Counted from the first letter of the whole stretch, positions 39,801-56,518 are shown. The stretch is DNA of 62,901 nt, filler included, from Basidiobolus ranarum (GCA_040143965.1; 9 parts of 9 records of this genome joined end to end with filler, not necessarily neighbours in it); one strand, 5' to 3'. Made by a program: numbers and translations. The notes: generated by a model from the sequence alone, not told the origin.

Positions 39801-40229
39801 CTTAGAACTTGATCTTTTCACAGTATATCTTGAGGAATTCTCGCTACTCCACAAATTCTTGATTTGAATATTGCGAGTTAGTGCGACATGTATTTATGAT
39901 GAATTGGAGGCGTATAGGATATTTCAAAGAGAAATATGATTTGCACTTGATGACTTACTGAATTCAAAATCAGAGTTCAAGTTAAAGATAACAGGATTAA
40001 GAATTTCTCGCATGTAAAGTTTGAGAAGCTTGAGAAAAATGCGAAAAGTTGGATAATTTCTAAGAACTATTCAGAATACATGATTCAAATTATTTAGTAA
40101 ATAAGTGAGATGCAATATAAATATATACGCGCTTAGTTCTATGATTTCCATAGTTTGAGCCAATAATGTTATACGTATTTGGGATGAATTGAAAGTGTCG
40201 GGGATGGTTAGAGGATGTATGTGGTTTGT

Positions 40230-40341
40230 ACTTACTGATTCATTGAGTTCGAAATGTGTATTTTTACTTACTGATTGATTGAATTCAAAATGTGTATTTT
40301 GACTTACTGATTTATGGAATTCAAAATATATATTTTTACTT
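40230..40341 (+). repeat. 36-bp minisatellite, 3 diverged copies
   Basis: ACTTACTGATT.AT.GA.TTC.AAAT.T.TATTTT units start at 40230, 40266 and 40302, with no spacers. Confidence 0.85.
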
Positions 40342-41143
40342 TAGTTAAGAATAAAGGAAATCAACAGCAGAGATTTGTTGTTAGGGCACTTTTGATATTG
40401 GGAGAAGTTTGGGGAGTTTTGGCCAATTTATCTTTTCTCAATAATTCTGAGATATATCTAAAATATAAGTTTCAATATTGGCTGATGGAATATTCCGTTA
40501 ATAAACATTTAGAACGCTGAACATGTTGTTTAAGTGCTTAGCTCTAATACTTCAATAAGTAATTGATCATTTAAAAGGAAGGATATTATGAATGCAAAAA
40601 TATATATCCTAATATTGTATTGTCTAATATGACGAGCTGTTAGAAAGTAAGCTTGGTACCTTAATTCAAGCATATTCAAAAACTCAAAATTTGATCTCTA
40701 GAAAGCTCACATGACAAAGTACATGTACTGATACTGTTGACTCCAGCACTTGGGCCAAAAAACTCAATTCCTAAAAACTCAGTTGACTATATTCATTTTT
40801 CTCCCAAGCTATCACTCAATTTTAGTGGTGCTTTTCAGTATAAAGCCTAAATACATTGAACACTGACAAATAGAATATTTTTTACAGAACTAGTATTAAG
40901 ATTATGATTAATATCTTTAAGGTTCTAAAATCTTTACAAAGATATCGCCATTATCAAAAGCTATTTCTATAATAATAATATCATGTTTTGTCATCCAAAA
41001 ATCAACAGAAACGATGATGAATAATACGTTTATTTACTGGAGTATACATATCTGGTTACAACTTACTAAACGGTTTTTTGCTTCTAAAAAACCAGTCTGT
41101 GAAGGTGCTAGAGGACGTTGAATGTTGTTTAGTATATTAAGAT

Positions 41144-41946
41144 TTATTTCGACTGGACTAGCTCCTCCGACACCACCCACAGTTTCTTGGCAAGCTCAGA
41201 GTCATGGACGTGAGGGTTTACTTCCTCTCGTTCAATATTACAATCTGAATAGTATCCTCCTTTGATTACTCGCGGATCAAGGGCGCAAAAGATAGTGGTT
41301 GCTACACCCTGCTGCACATTTTTGAATGAAAATATATGACGGTACACTTTGGGGTTTAGCAACAACTTGAAAGCAGTGCTTATAGACAAGTGGCGTGCAA
41401 GGTTTGTATTAATTGCCCCTGGATGAAGAGCAGTCACGGTTACATCTGCTCCTTCAGTATCTAATCGGTTTTGCAATTCTTTTGTAAAAAGAATATTAGC
41501 AAGTTTACTTTGACCATAGCGTTGCCAAGCATCATAATGCTTGGTCCCCGATAAGTCATCAAAGACAATTCCCTCTTCGGGACAGTGCAAATAATGACCA
41601 TTAGACGAGAGATTGACGATGCGTGAAGGAGAGCTAGACTTTATCTTATCTAACAGAAGAGTAGTCAAATAAAAATGACCTATATGATTGACTCCGAACT
41701 GCAATTCTAACCCATCTTGAGTTTCAGATTTCGGACAACCCATAACGCCCGCGTTATTGATAAGAATATGAAGTGGAATATCCAACTCGAGGAAAGCAGT
41801 TGCAAATTTCTTCACTGAGTCAAGTAGACTCAAGTCCAACACCATGCCCTTAATTTTGGCTTCTGGACAGCGGACTTTCAGTTCCTCGATAGCCTTGTCA
41901 GCATTAGCTTGACTGCGACAAGTAATGTATACTTCAGCCCCCACAC
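41144..41946 (-). CDS. Short-chain dehydrogenase/reductase, retinol-dehydrogenase/WWOX-like; N-terminus missing at contig end
   Basis: LDLSLLDSV, ILINNAGVM, QFGVNHIGHF, RIVNLSS, catalytic YGQSK and LHPGAINT. Confidence 0.95.
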
Positions 41947-42046
41947 NNNNNNNNNNNNNNNNNNNNNNNNNNNNNNNNNNNNNNNNNNNNTTAATTAATT
42001 AANNNNNNNNNNNNNNNNNNNNNNNNNNNNNNNNNNNNNNNNNNNN

Positions 42047-43022
42047 ATAAGTACATACCCCTTCTTTCCAATGCTCTATGGTCTATCTTGATCGATTACG
42101 ACAAAAGTTGCCAGAGTTTGCACGAGGTAAAGCACACCCATGTTTCAGTCCACCTGACACCTATTCTAAGCATCGGTATTTCCTTTAGGTATGCAATGCA
42201 CATGCCATAGGATCTTTCTAGCAGCACTAGTCATCGCTAGCAAATATCTTAATGATGCCTCTCCCAAGAATATATACTGGGCACGGTACACAACCATATT
42301 CTCCCTGACCGAGGTCAACCTTATGGAGCGACAACTGCTCGAACTACTCGTACGTAGCCTTTTAAGCTCTAATTGAACTAATGTGCATACTAAAAGCTGA
42401 ATCCTTATAGAAATTTGACCTACGTATAACCACTGAAGAATTGTACACTCAACTTGAGGGTTTAACACCAAAATCAAATCCAGCTAGGGCACATTCAGAT
42501 GTGAAGACATACTTGCCATCCAACATCACATATGGTAACCAACGTCGTCATTCAGACAGTTTCACCTACGATATGTCCAAACAGCCACGATGGATTTCCG
42601 GCCCTTCTGTGAAGGCTACATATAGAAGTTCCGAAAGAACTACCTACACTTGTAATGAACTATTTAACCCATGTCCTGTAAATTCAAAGCAAACACACCC
42701 TATCATCCCTTCGATATCTGAAAGTTGGTTCTCTCAGATCACATCCAACCAGGATCCTCTTCTACCCACCACAATGCCATCAAGAAAGCGCCGACAAGTT
42801 GACAGTGATTTCAATAACCATGGAAGAATCGATTCCAAGCGTAACCGTATCATAGAGTCTGGCCCTTATGGGAATCGTCATCTAAGTTCTGTATCAACGA
42901 TGTTGCCGCCTATCGAACGCTTGCATCCGCAACCCTATGTAGGACACTACTCTACGTTGATTGTACATTCACAACCCAGACATTCTCTTCCAAACATATG
43001 GGAGCACCAATTTCATCGCTAA
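42047..43022 (+). CDS. Pho85-type cyclin (Pcl1/Pcl2-like), 5' partial
   Basis: Exons ..42126, 42189-42349, 42411-43022. Reads VYLDRLRQKLP..ARG|MQCTCHRIFLAALVIASKYLNDASPKNIYW...EVNLMERQLLELL|KFDLRI. Confidence 0.92.
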
Positions 43023-46000
43023 TTTGGATGGTCATGATCCATTGATCATGTATTTCTATATATTGTACCAAGTCAATCAGCCGCTATCATATCTCATGTC
43101 TTACTATCCATTTTTGTAAATACTCTTTGTGAGGAATTCGTGTATATGTATAAAGATTAGTGGGATTGTCAATTCGTCACCTTAGTATGCCATAGTGCTA
43201 GATTATCTGATCCATTGCATGACTCATAGTGGATTTATCCATGGTGTGGCAAGGTTACCACGCCAGTTTATTTTTGAAGTAACAATGGATAATTAGTGAG
43301 GACCTACGATGGCGTTATTTACGGGTCTTGACAAGAAAGGGTTCCAACCCAGCCCACTTGTGTTTGTTGTAGAGCACAAGCTCCACTTTACTTTGTTCTC
43401 CTCACTGCACAATTAACCCATGACTATATTCAGCCAAATGCCACCACCCATGTCCATCAACGTGATGTTCTCCTTGTGGAACCACGAGGCTACGAAATAG
43501 CCGCTAGATCTTTGTGGATAATGTTTTATCTACCAATTATGAATATGGTGCCAACCACTCATTATCTTTGATACTACATAATATCAACATCAACGCACTA
43601 ACGCGATGACACTACCTACTCAATTAATGACGCCCGAGCGTCCTAATGTTTCACGGGCATTCTCTAACACATTTCTGGAAAAATCTCCGTTCTATTTTAG
43701 CCCAATATACTGTAGAGTAGCCGCTTTAATGCACGATATACGGAATACATCCATGTTGAGCGAACAAATGATCTCGTCCAACAACGGATCAAGCCAAATG
43801 AATTTCCAAATGCGCACCTCTCCCCCCTAAGGATGACCCTACCTACTGCACTCGTATGTATTAGAATTTCTTGAAGGACTCGACCATTATCTTGCGTATA
43901 CAATTGAAAGTAAGAAACATCTTGAGTTGTTTCAAACCCATTGTCTCCATCTAAGAAGACGCAGATCCAGTCCGATTTGAATGGTATGAACTTGGATCAC
44001 CTTTACACCAAATTTAAAAGCGGCATCGAAATCGAAAATGACGAGTGAATGATTGAACCCCAATCTCATTTTCACATTTCTTGAATTATCCATCATGGTT
44101 GCTAAACGTTTCAAGAATATCATTTTTCTACCACAACCAATGGACAATATCCCAAGTGTGTACCCTGAAGACGAGTTATAGTGGGTATTACTAGCCATGG
44201 ATCAGCTTCAAGGTAACAATGATTAACCCATTTATCTTTATCCAGTCGATGGTTTCAAAAATCTCCAGTCAATGAAATTCTACCCTTGTAGAGAGGGATA
44301 TACATTTTCCCTATATACACTCCCCTAAACATTATTCCCAAAGCCTAATCCTTGATGTTGCATTGCAATCCTTACCATTACACAAACCCAAGCTCCCTCT
44401 TGCAAGTCACTGGTAACACTCACGGAAGGTAGCCCCCTCTCTCCTACATATTTTACTACACATTTTGGGTATTTCGTCAGACCTTATAGGTGAGAGAATA
44501 AAAATTCCGGGACATTTTCATTATGATTCGGTGTCAACATACTGCAAGTGAATCAAGTTAATCAACATCTCTCGCATCTATTCCATACCCTTAAAGCACC
44601 GCCAACGGGGGGGGGGAAGGTGAGGTTAGCGAAAGGTATGGAGATTAAAAGATTCCCATCCCATAGATTCAAGATGACCAAAATTCATCGTTAATAAGCA
44701 ACCGAAATTTCTTTATTGGTAAAAATTTCCGGTATTTGTACCCACGTGAATTAGAATCTTGGCTTCTGTGGAAAGAAACATTTGATTGACGGCTGTCGGA
44801 GTAAAAAGATACAAGTCTTATGAAATCAGCCTTCACAATACATATGAAGAATTCTGTATGACCCGTGATATAAATACTCAAACAAAATAAATAGATTCGT
44901 AACCCTAAAGAGCAATCCAATTCTTTGTAGAAAACTGTGTAAATGTTGAATGTGCATTCTACATGGTCAGACTTGTTTATTCCGGATAGAAAGCTAGGTA
45001 CTTGGTCATAATTACCTCAACTTCAGCATCTATTTACTGTCGAAATACTATTAAGCCACTTAAACATTGCTATCGTGTTTGTCACATCTCTTTATAGCCT
45101 TGATGAAAGTGAAATCCGTATTTCATGTTAACTCCTGAAATATTTGGGTAATTTACTGGTATACCTCATTCATTCTACTTTTGTATACATATACAAATAC
45201 GATACTGCTACTAGTTATTACTATTTTGAAATTATGCATATTTATTACGATGATAGTATGCACAATTATTGCTAAACAAGTACAATAGTGAGGATGGAAT
45301 CTACCTGAGATCGTAAAAGAAGCATGCACAATTTCAAATATTTATTCAACATATGAGTCATTTAAGAGAGCCAGTACTACTCTTTATGATGAGGATTTCA
45401 GTCTATATCACATCCAGCTTATCTTTTACAAAATTTGCAAACAGAAATGAATCATTTATTCATATCTGTCATTGGCTATGTTTGGAAAATATTTGCAGTT
45501 AGATATTTTAAACGCGATTTACCAGATTTGACTTGATGCTATTAAAAGGAGCATATGGTAAAGGCTGTATATTGGAACCCAATTATAACAGTACCAAAGA
45601 ATAAATGCTATTTAAAATGCTATCAGAATTGCAATATTGTTTATAAGAATACCAACTGCTGTTGAAGTTAGAATTGCCTAAACACATATATTCATGTATA
45701 GCTTAGTATTTGGTTATCCTATATTGAACTAAGATATCTCCCATTATTCTCATGAGGAATTTACTTGGAATATTTTTACCAACTTAAAAGTTCTCAGATA
45801 TATAGATTCCTCAAACTAGTGCTAGAAGCCCCAGCTTTGCACATATGTTCCTGGGTTCTTTCTTAGCACATTTTACACATTAGTTTGTTTACATCTTCAC
45901 AATACTATAAATGTCAACTTTCTATGCAATGAATCAACAAGTGAAAACCACCAGTTTCTCTAATTCTCCAAACCACTTCCAACAGGCTCCCAAAATACTT

Positions 46001-46883
46001 TACCAATTGCCATCAGAGTAGCAGCATTGTCAGCTGAATTAGAGAACCGTTTTCTTTCCTAATGCCAATTTAGATATTTTAGGAAATATTGGATATATAT
46101 TTCTGATATTTAACAGATAGTGCTATAAAATGGATTGTTGGTAATCATGGTGCCAAGTGTATTTAAGATCTCTTTAGCATTCAAGATATAGCCATGCTTC
46201 AAGATTGATTACTTAAGTGCAAACAGGCCTTAAAAGTTCAACAGTATATCACTCTCTTTTAAATGTTTTCACTATCCATTCAACAAGAAATCAAATATAA
46301 AATTAAAATCAAAAATATTTCTTGCACCAATTACTGCATTAAAGTTACTGGTAACTACATTGTAGTTATTGTATTCATATTTTGATCACACATAAGATTC
46401 ATATAGATCCTATTGGATCTTCTTTAGTTACTAAAGACAATGAACATATGGTTGAAGATTATAAAGATACCTAGTATTCTGGTTTGTGTGGTGGCTCCCT
46501 AGTTGGGATAATTGATTGAAAGTGTTTTCCCACTTGTTCAGGAGATGATTACAATAGTGGTTTCAAATCATGAGAACGTCTCAACTTTGAAACTTGCGGT
46601 ACTTACCTTAAAATTCACCAAGTATCATTGATGTTTACCACACTTACATTCTGCACGCGTCTATGGCAATAGATGAAGAGAACTGGAATAGGTTTCTTCC
46701 ATCTGGATGAATTATTGTTCCTGACTCGAACATTTTAATGGCGAAATATGCTAATTTTACTAGATTAATTATATACACACATATAAACTGATTCATTCAA
46801 CATCCAAAAAGAACATAAAAAGTAAGCGACATCAAAATTTCGTAAAAAATAAACGGGGTGAGAACCAAAGAGCAAATGGACTA

Positions 46884-48401
<1,518 letters not shown>

Positions 48402-49358
48402 TCACGAAAGCTATGAACTTATTGTTATCATGATCATAAGACGGCTTTACTCTTCGTAATCATTGGCTCCATCGCGTTTCTTGCCGAGTCGTGGATTCTG
48501 ATTCGACCATTTGAATATCACCTAAAATAACATATTTTCTATCACATGCTGACTGGTTTGCATGCTATTAGCTCACTATAATTATTACACGAAATTCAAA
48601 TAGAAACATGGTTGAAGCAGTAGATTTTTAGGGAAATCGAACACATACAGGCTCTAGGCACCATGGGCAACTCTGCTACATGGGATGCATTACTCAAATT
48701 CTCAGATTAAATGCAGGCAATGAGGATGAAACTTCAGTTAGCATTTACTTAGTCAACATTAGCTGGAGATCTCGTTTGCGTTTTCGTTTTGTCATTGAGA
48801 TTGATAATTCATCATTGATTTTGGACCCCAGAGATTTCCATCTACATTCAGTACCTGAGAAGAATCGACAGTTACAGGGCCTAGGGGTGGCTGTGCTGAC
48901 CCCACGGTATATTCCATCTTTGCTCGAAGCGACAANNNNNNNNNNNNNNNNNNNNNNNNNNNNNNNNNNNNNNNNNNNNTTAATTAATTAANNNNNNNNN
49001 NNNNNNNNNNNNNNNNNNNNNNNNNNNNNNNNNNNACTGTCTTTAGTACCTTTCATGGCCGTAATAAGCAAGCGGCCAAAGTATCCGTGGACCTTTGCAA
49101 CCTAGGCGTTTCAGGACGCATTACTCAGTGCCCAGGGGCAACTGTGCAGGGCAGATTTGGATGATTGCATAGGCATTCAATCAACTCTTACAGATGCACA
49201 ATTAGCTGAAAACTCTCAAAATGCAAAGTATGATCCCACAAGCTCCAAACACTGAAAATGACACAAAGCATGAGCTGGCCAAGTTTGATCCATTCATAAT
49301 AGTGTCTATACTGCAACCATGCTAATTTTCTCAAAAAACTCTCACAAAGCAATTGAAT

Positions 49359-52300
49359 TGACAGAAGTGTTCTAGGGATTTGTAAGTGTTCTGGATAAGA
49401 TTCAGATTTAAAAATTGTACACTTACACTTCATTGAATTGAATATGTCCCATTTATAGTTTACTATGAAATAGGATTACTGGATATGCTAAGATCATAAC
49501 AAACATGCCTGTTAAGCATGGGTGAGAATATGAGGTAATTTGGAGAGGCTTTGACAAAATAGTAAAAATTGACAATTGTGCTTTAATTGATACAAATATC
49601 AATTAGAGCAAAAATCAAACAGTTTGTGGCTAAATTGAGTGCTAATGTTGATCTTCTATCATCAAGGTGTCTTCCCCTGTCTGCATCACTGTAGCCTTTT
49701 AATTCTTGTGCATCTGGAGTGCAAAAGTATTCAAGAACTTGATCTACAGTAACTCTCAAATACCTAAATATTAATTTTGCTTCAGTTTTATGCTCAGATT
49801 CTGATTTTTTGAGATATTGCTTGATTATACCCATGGCCCAGGCAATGTCTGGATGTGTTCCAACCATTGTATATATTACACCAACAACCATGGTTTGATA
49901 CCATTGTATACAAACAACTACCCACCATGGATTGATAAGGGAACTCCTGGCTCTGATTTGAGTCATTTTTAGCCAACTTGGATGAGAATTTGATTAATTT
50001 CACTTTCAGATCCATTGGTGCTGATAGAGGCTTGCTATTCTCTATGTTGAAGCTTTTTATGATGCTCATGATGTGTTTAGACTGATTCAGCATGATTTTT
50101 GGAAAGGGTTTATTTCTCTTAACTTGAATTTCAAGAAAATATCTTTAATAACCCTTCTGAGTCAACTGAAATAGGTTTCATAAGCAACCTTTTGTCTGAT
50201 TAAGTATTTCTAGATCATTTGTGGCTGTGTTCAAGTTATCCACATATATTGCCAAGATAAGGATCCCATTTCTGGTTGTTAAGATATAAATACCGCAATC
50301 GGCAGCTCATTCTTGGAATTCCAATGATTTAAATAGGTATCTATACTGTTGTACCATGCCATGGGAGCTTACTTGAGTCCATGTAGCAAATTTTGCAGAT
50401 TTCCAACCATACCATGGTGTCTTGTTTACCCAATCCATTTAGTTGCTCAAAATATATCTCTTCATCTAGATATCTATTCAGAGAGGCTGTTTGGATATCC
50501 ATTGGATGTATAACAAGGTTATGGATGGTTGAGATTACCAGGATTGATCTAATGGAGCAAAACTCAGCTACAGGAGCACACGTTACACCATAATAATTCC
50601 TGGAGTCTGGGAATAAGCTTTTGCACCTAATCTTGCTTTGTACCTTTTGATGGTTCTATCAGCTTGGTTTTTTGACTTTGTAGATCCATTTGCAACCCCT
50701 TTGCTCATTTACTAATGGGTAAAGACTTAACACTGATGTTTTATTTCCCTGAAGTGAAGAAAACCCATCCAACATTGCTTTTTCCCTTAATGTTGAATCC
50801 ACACACTTTAGAGCTTGACCCAGAGTCTGTGGCCCATTGCAGAATGCCACACAGGCATAGAGATCATTAATGGAAGTGTTCCACCAGGTTCCTGGCTTGT
50901 TCCTCCTTCTGTAAGAACTTCCAGATCCTGAACCATCATCCTATGTAATTAGGGCAACAAATGTAATTGAAATGGGCTCAATTACACCTGTAATTATTGT
51001 TAGATACTTCCTGATTAGTGTTAATGTATTTGCTGGCTCAAAAACTGTGAATAGGGGGGAAAATTTGCTTTTTCATCAAATATTACTTTTTCTGCCATTG
51101 CTTCATAGTGTTTGAATGTGATCAATGCTTCTTAATTTGGTTTGCAAAAGAAAACACCAAGATATCTTGTGTAGCCCTCAAAAAAGGCCATAAAGTACTG
51201 TTTGCCACCTGGTGAGACATTTTTCATATACCCACATTGGTCAGAATGAATAAAGAATAGGTTCTGTGTGGATTTGGTCTCTTGTGACCTTGACAACAGC
51301 AGTCTGTGATGTTTTTCATATATGTAATCTTCACACAGATCCAATTTGTTGATAGCTTTGATTTCTAAGCCTGAAACAAGCTGATTATACATTGTATGGG
51401 TCAATTTTGGCTCTCCTATGGGTCATACTTTCAATGCCACATTTGATAGCTTCTCTCACCCATTTTGGCCAAGTTTGCAAGCTCAGATTGTAGTTTGTTG
51501 ATTTCAACCTTGTGTAAGTTTTGAGTTTTGATCCCAGTAGCTAATTTGGTGTTTCTTCTGATCTATCATAGTGCATCCAGCCTTGCTGAAAATATAATTA
51601 ATTGGTGAGCTGTGGATTGGCTTACTGAGTGTAAATTCTTGATATCATTTAGTATATAGAGAACATCATACATATTGCAGATTACATAGCTGAATTTCGG
51701 TCTAATGCATATAATTCTGCCCTTACCAACTGCATCTAGTTCATAGTATTCTCCTGTGTAAACCTTCCTTATTTGGATGGGTTTTAAGATGGAAAACCAA
51801 CCTTTTTTTTGACACATGCAGGGAAGCTCCTGAATTGATGCACCATGTTTCTGAGTCTTCCTTAGTGGATACTGATGGGGCAGACACAAGTAGATGCTAC
51901 CTATTGGTGCTTACTTGATTTGCTTGTTCAGATTTTAGCTTTTGGCAAAAATCTTTCTTCTGCAATTTTTAATTCAATAGCCTGGTTTCTTGCAATACTT
52001 GCAGAAGATTGATTTCCTATTAAGGGCTCTATGATTGAAGCCTGTTAAACTTGTTGCAGCTCCAAAAATGCCTGATCTGCATTATTTATCTGAGAAATAA
52101 ACTCTGGTAATTCCTAATTCAAAAACCTGGCACCAACATATTGAATTGTTAATGGCCCTGAGCTTGATTTTAGGGCAACTATGAGGTTCCCAAACTCTTC
52201 CAGCAGGTTCCCAAGTAGTGTCAATAATAAGTCATCTTCATTAAGAGGTGTTCCAATCTATGAGACTGGATCTGCCATAGTTCTTGTCCAGTCTATATGA

Positions 52301-52480
52301 TTAGCCCTACAATCATCAGAATTCATTAGAAGAGAGGCCAAATTTTGGCAAAGATTTAGCCTATTTGCCAAACTTTTAGGCACTTATAGTCTGCCAAGTG
52401 TTTACAAAGCAGTTTAGATATTTTTGGCTAAGCGTATGTGCCTAAATTGAGAATTTCTGAAACATAGACAAAGTGATTGG
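49359..52480 (-). mobile_element. Degenerate Ty1/copia element with internal deletions and a partial LTR A (49359-49645)
   Basis: Gag, CKYCK knuckle, protease, integrase (IHSDQCG), RT (CKWIYKVK, LNQSKHI) and RNase H (GYSDAD) remnants. Confidence 0.88.
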
Positions 52481-55400
52481 CCTGTGAATGAGGAATTAAG
52501 GATATCAAATGCTCAGCAAAATAATGCAGATCAGACATTCATCGGAGCTGTAGATGCCCAACAGGCTTCAATTATAGTGACCATAATAGGAAATCAATCA
52601 GCTGCAAGTATTGCAACAAACTAGGACATTTAATCTATGATTGTGGAAAAAGGATATTTGCTAAAAAGCTAAAAGTAGAACAAGCAAATCAAGTAAACAC
52701 TGATAGGGATTCTTTATTTGTGTCTGCCCTAGCAATAACTACTAAAGCAGGCTTAGAAACATGATATATTGATTCAGGAGGATCTCAACATGAGTCAAAC
52801 TAGAAAGATTGGTTTTAGAGCTTATAACCAATCCTACCAAGTAAAGTCTATTAGGTGATAAATATGCACTAGATGCAGTTGGTAAACATCTTCAAAATTG
52901 TGTGATATATTCTTTGAATCAAATTAGCCAAGAATCAACCTCAGTATTCCAAGCAGCAACTCAAGGACTAACTTTCATGTTCAGCAAGGCCGGATGCATT
53001 ATCACAGATTGGAATAATACCAATTCAGATACCAGGATAAAAACTCAAAACTTATTCAAGCTAAAAAAGAACAAGTTGCATTTTGAGCATGCTAACTGGG
53101 CTGAATCCAGTGAAATGAGCTATCAAGCATGGCATAGAAGATTAGGCCACATTGAGGAACAAAAACTGACACAATTGATCTAAAATCAGCTTGTTTTAGG
53201 CTTGGAAATTGAAAATATCACTGAATTGGATCTTTGTCAAGGTTGCATATATTGAAAACAGCATGGACAGCCATTTTCACACTCTGGAGAAATTGAATCC
53301 ACTCAGGAGTTTCCCATGATTTAATCTGACCCATGTGGACCCATGAAAACTTCCCATTAGGTGGGAAAAGATACTTTATGACCTTTATAGATGATGAAAC
53401 AAGATAAACTTGGGTATTCCTTCTCAAATACAAATCTGAAGCGTTAGTTACATTAATGAACTACAAAGCAATGGTATAATAAGAATCAGTTCAGAGAACA
53501 AGGGTACCATGAAGTAATAATGGTGGAATATTTTGCTCTAAACACTTTACTTATGATTAATTTAGACACCGAATTAAGCAACAAATCACAATACCTTAAA
53601 CTCAACATCACAATGGATTGCAGAACATGCAAATAGGACCACAGTGGAGACGGCCAGATCATTGTTACATGATCAAAACTTAGATTACCAATATTGGGCT
53701 GAATCTTTCACCAGTGTAGTGTATATCTAAACAGATGCCCACAAGAATGCTACAAAATTCTACGCCATTTAAAGCCCTATATGGATGAAAACCAATTGTG
53801 AATCAACTCAGGATCTTTGGTCAAACAGCATATTGCATAAAAATAGCTCATAAATGCTCTAAATGGGAGCCCAGATGCAACAAATGCATATTTCTTGGTT
53901 ACTCTGATGGATCCAAGGCCTGCAGACTGTTTGATAACAAAAAAGAGAAGTTAATCTAGTACAGAGAAACACATTTTGATGAAAAAGCAAATTTTTCACC
54001 TCAAATCACAGTTCTAGATTTGGAAAACACAATCACCCCTATTCAAGAAGTGACTGACTAATTTCCAGCTAAGTCTGAGCCCTATGCACCCAAAATTCCA
54101 GTTCTAATTATGTTGGAGGATGCTTTAGGATGCAGCAGATCTTGCAGAAGCAGGAATCAGCCAGAGAACTGGTGGAACACTTCCAATGATGATATATATG
54201 CTTATGCACCTTTTTGTAACAAGCTGCAGACTCTATATCAAGCTCTGGAGGGTCCAGAATCAAAATTATGGGCAAATGTTTTGTCCAATGAGTTTTCTTC
54301 ACTTCAGGACAATAAAATGTGGGTTTCAAGTCCTCAACCATCAGGAAAGAAGCCAACAGGCTACAAATGGATCTTCAAACTAGAAAACCAAGCAGATGGA
54401 ACCATGATAAATCATAAAGCAAGATTAGTTGAAAAGGGTTATTCCCAGATGCCAGGAGTTGACTTTAATAAAGATTTTGCTCTAGAAGCCAAATTTAGCT
54501 CCAATAGATCAATCCTGCCACTCTCAGCCATCCATAACCTTGATATACATCAAATGGATGATCAAATCCACTCAGAATGTTGCCCTGGTTAATTCTGATC
54601 TATGTGGGCCCATGAAAAGGCTGCTCTAGGTGGGAGAAGGTACTTTTTGACCTTGGTTGATGACAAAAAAAGATATACTTGGGTATTCTTTCTCAAATTG
54701 TAATTTGAAGCCTTAGCTGCATATGGGCCCAACAAAGTAATGGTTGAGAAAGAACCAGCACAAATAATCAGGATACTATGGAGTGATAATTGTGAAAAAT
54801 ACTCCTCTAAAGACTTTGCTTGTTAATGTTCTAAGCATAGAATTAAGCAACAAACTACTGCACCTTATACTCAACAGCGCAATGGAGTTGCGGAATGTGC
54901 TAATAGGCCCATAGTGGAGATGCCAAGATCACTGTCACTTATTCAAAACTTATATTACCATTATTGGGCTGATTCTGCCTCTACTGCAAAATATATCAAA
55001 AACACAACTATTACAAGATTGCTACAAAACTCTACTCTACTTGAAGCCCTATAAAGATCCAAACCAAGTGCAGATCATCTCAGGATCTTTGGTTGCACAA
55101 ATATTGACCAATTCTTCCTCAAAAATGCTGTAATTGGAACCCAAAAGCAGAAAATGCATATTTCTGGGTTATTGTGATGGATCCAAGACGTACAGACAAT
55201 TTGACACCAAAAATCTGAAGTTAACTAAGTGCAAGGATGTGGCTTTTGATAAAAAAGCATTTTTTCACCTCAAATCTCAGTCATTGACCCACAAAACACA
55301 ATCAGCACTATTCAGGAAGTGTCTGAAAAATTTTCAACTGTATTCTAACACCATTCAACAAAAATTCCTGTCCCAATATTATTAGGGGATGATTTAGGAG

Positions 55401-55736
55401 ACAGAAAATCATCCAGAAATAGAAATAAGCCAGGGGACAGGCGGAACACTGCCAATGATGATGTATATATTGTCACAGCTTTCTGTGACAAGCCACAGAT
55501 TCTAGATCAAGTCCTGCAATGTGCTGTTTCAAAATTAGGGGAAAAAGCAATGTCTGTTGGGATTCTTTATTTCAGGACAAGAAACATGGGTTACAAGTCC
55601 TTTATCATCAGGGAGAAAGCCAATAAGTTGCAAATGGGTCAACATAGTAAAAAACTAAGCTGCTGGAAACATAGAAAGGTAAGAGTCAAGAATTGTTGTA
55701 AAAGCTTATTGCCAGACTCCACAAGTTGCTTTTAAT
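52481..55736 (+). mobile_element. Two tandem degenerate copia pol fragments (zinc knuckle-PR-IN-RT, then a second IN-RT from about 54565)
   Basis: YIDSG, WHRRLGH, GGKRYFMTFIDD, KWIFKLE and HKARLV. The integrase start recurs after RT 'HQMD'. Confidence 0.88.
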
Positions 55737-55920
55737 TGATAAAAGTGTTCAGGGGATTTGGAAGTGTTTTGGACAAGAATTGGATTTGTGAATTAGACAC
55801 TCAAGTTTTATTGAATTGAATATGTCCTATTTATAGTTTACTATAAAATAGGACTATTGGACGTGCTTAGATCATAACAAACCTGCCTGTTAAGCATGGG
55901 TGAAAATTTGAGGTGATTTG
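55737..55920 (-). repeat. LTR family A fragment, cut by contig end
   Basis: tgataaaagtgttcaggggatttggaagtg... closely matches the sequence from 8693 onward. Confidence 0.88.
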
Positions 55921-56518
55921 NNNNNNNNNNNNNNNNNNNNNNNNNNNNNNNNNNNNNNNNNNNNTTAATTAATTAANNNNNNNNNNNNNNNNNNNNNNNN
56001 NNNNNNNNNNNNNNNNNNNNTGTGCCAATAAACTTTGGACTGTACTACAGAGATCACAGACTGCATTGCCCTAGCACTCTCGAATGCGAAACCGGCAAAA
56101 GGCAATGAATCTGTCCCACCGGATTGGGCGTCTTACGAAAATGTTCGAAGAATTGGTCTCCACTAAATGGTTGGAACTGGATACATGAAGAATTTCAGAT
56201 TCTTGGCAAGATTCACCAGGCACTATGATTGAGATGGTAGAAACTAACAAGGAGACTATTTGTGACCTGCTTACTTGCTCAGCAGATCTAGACAGAGGAG
56301 TTAATACGAAAAGTGTAGAGATTCGCATTTGTGTGTTTATTGAATTTGCAGAAAGTGGTGGAAGTGTTAGAAGACGACTAACTATTAGTTGCCTTAACCT
56401 TTTTAAACGCGAAATTTGCAAATATGTCATGGAGAAATGAATTTGGTGTATGATAAGATGAGAAGTACAAAAAGAAGCGTTCGTAGGTGGTGAGAAGTTC
56501 CCGAGAACCAGGGGATTT

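Noticed and set aside
40230-40341. 36-bp repeats resembling a CRISPR array
   Set aside because: Head-to-tail units with no unique spacers, no cas genes and a eukaryotic context.
45300-46500. Possible hAT transposase relic (minus-strand FPKISKLAL and ADNAA fragments, CpG-poor)
   Set aside because: Motifs too short and in inconsistent frames to support a call without a profile search.
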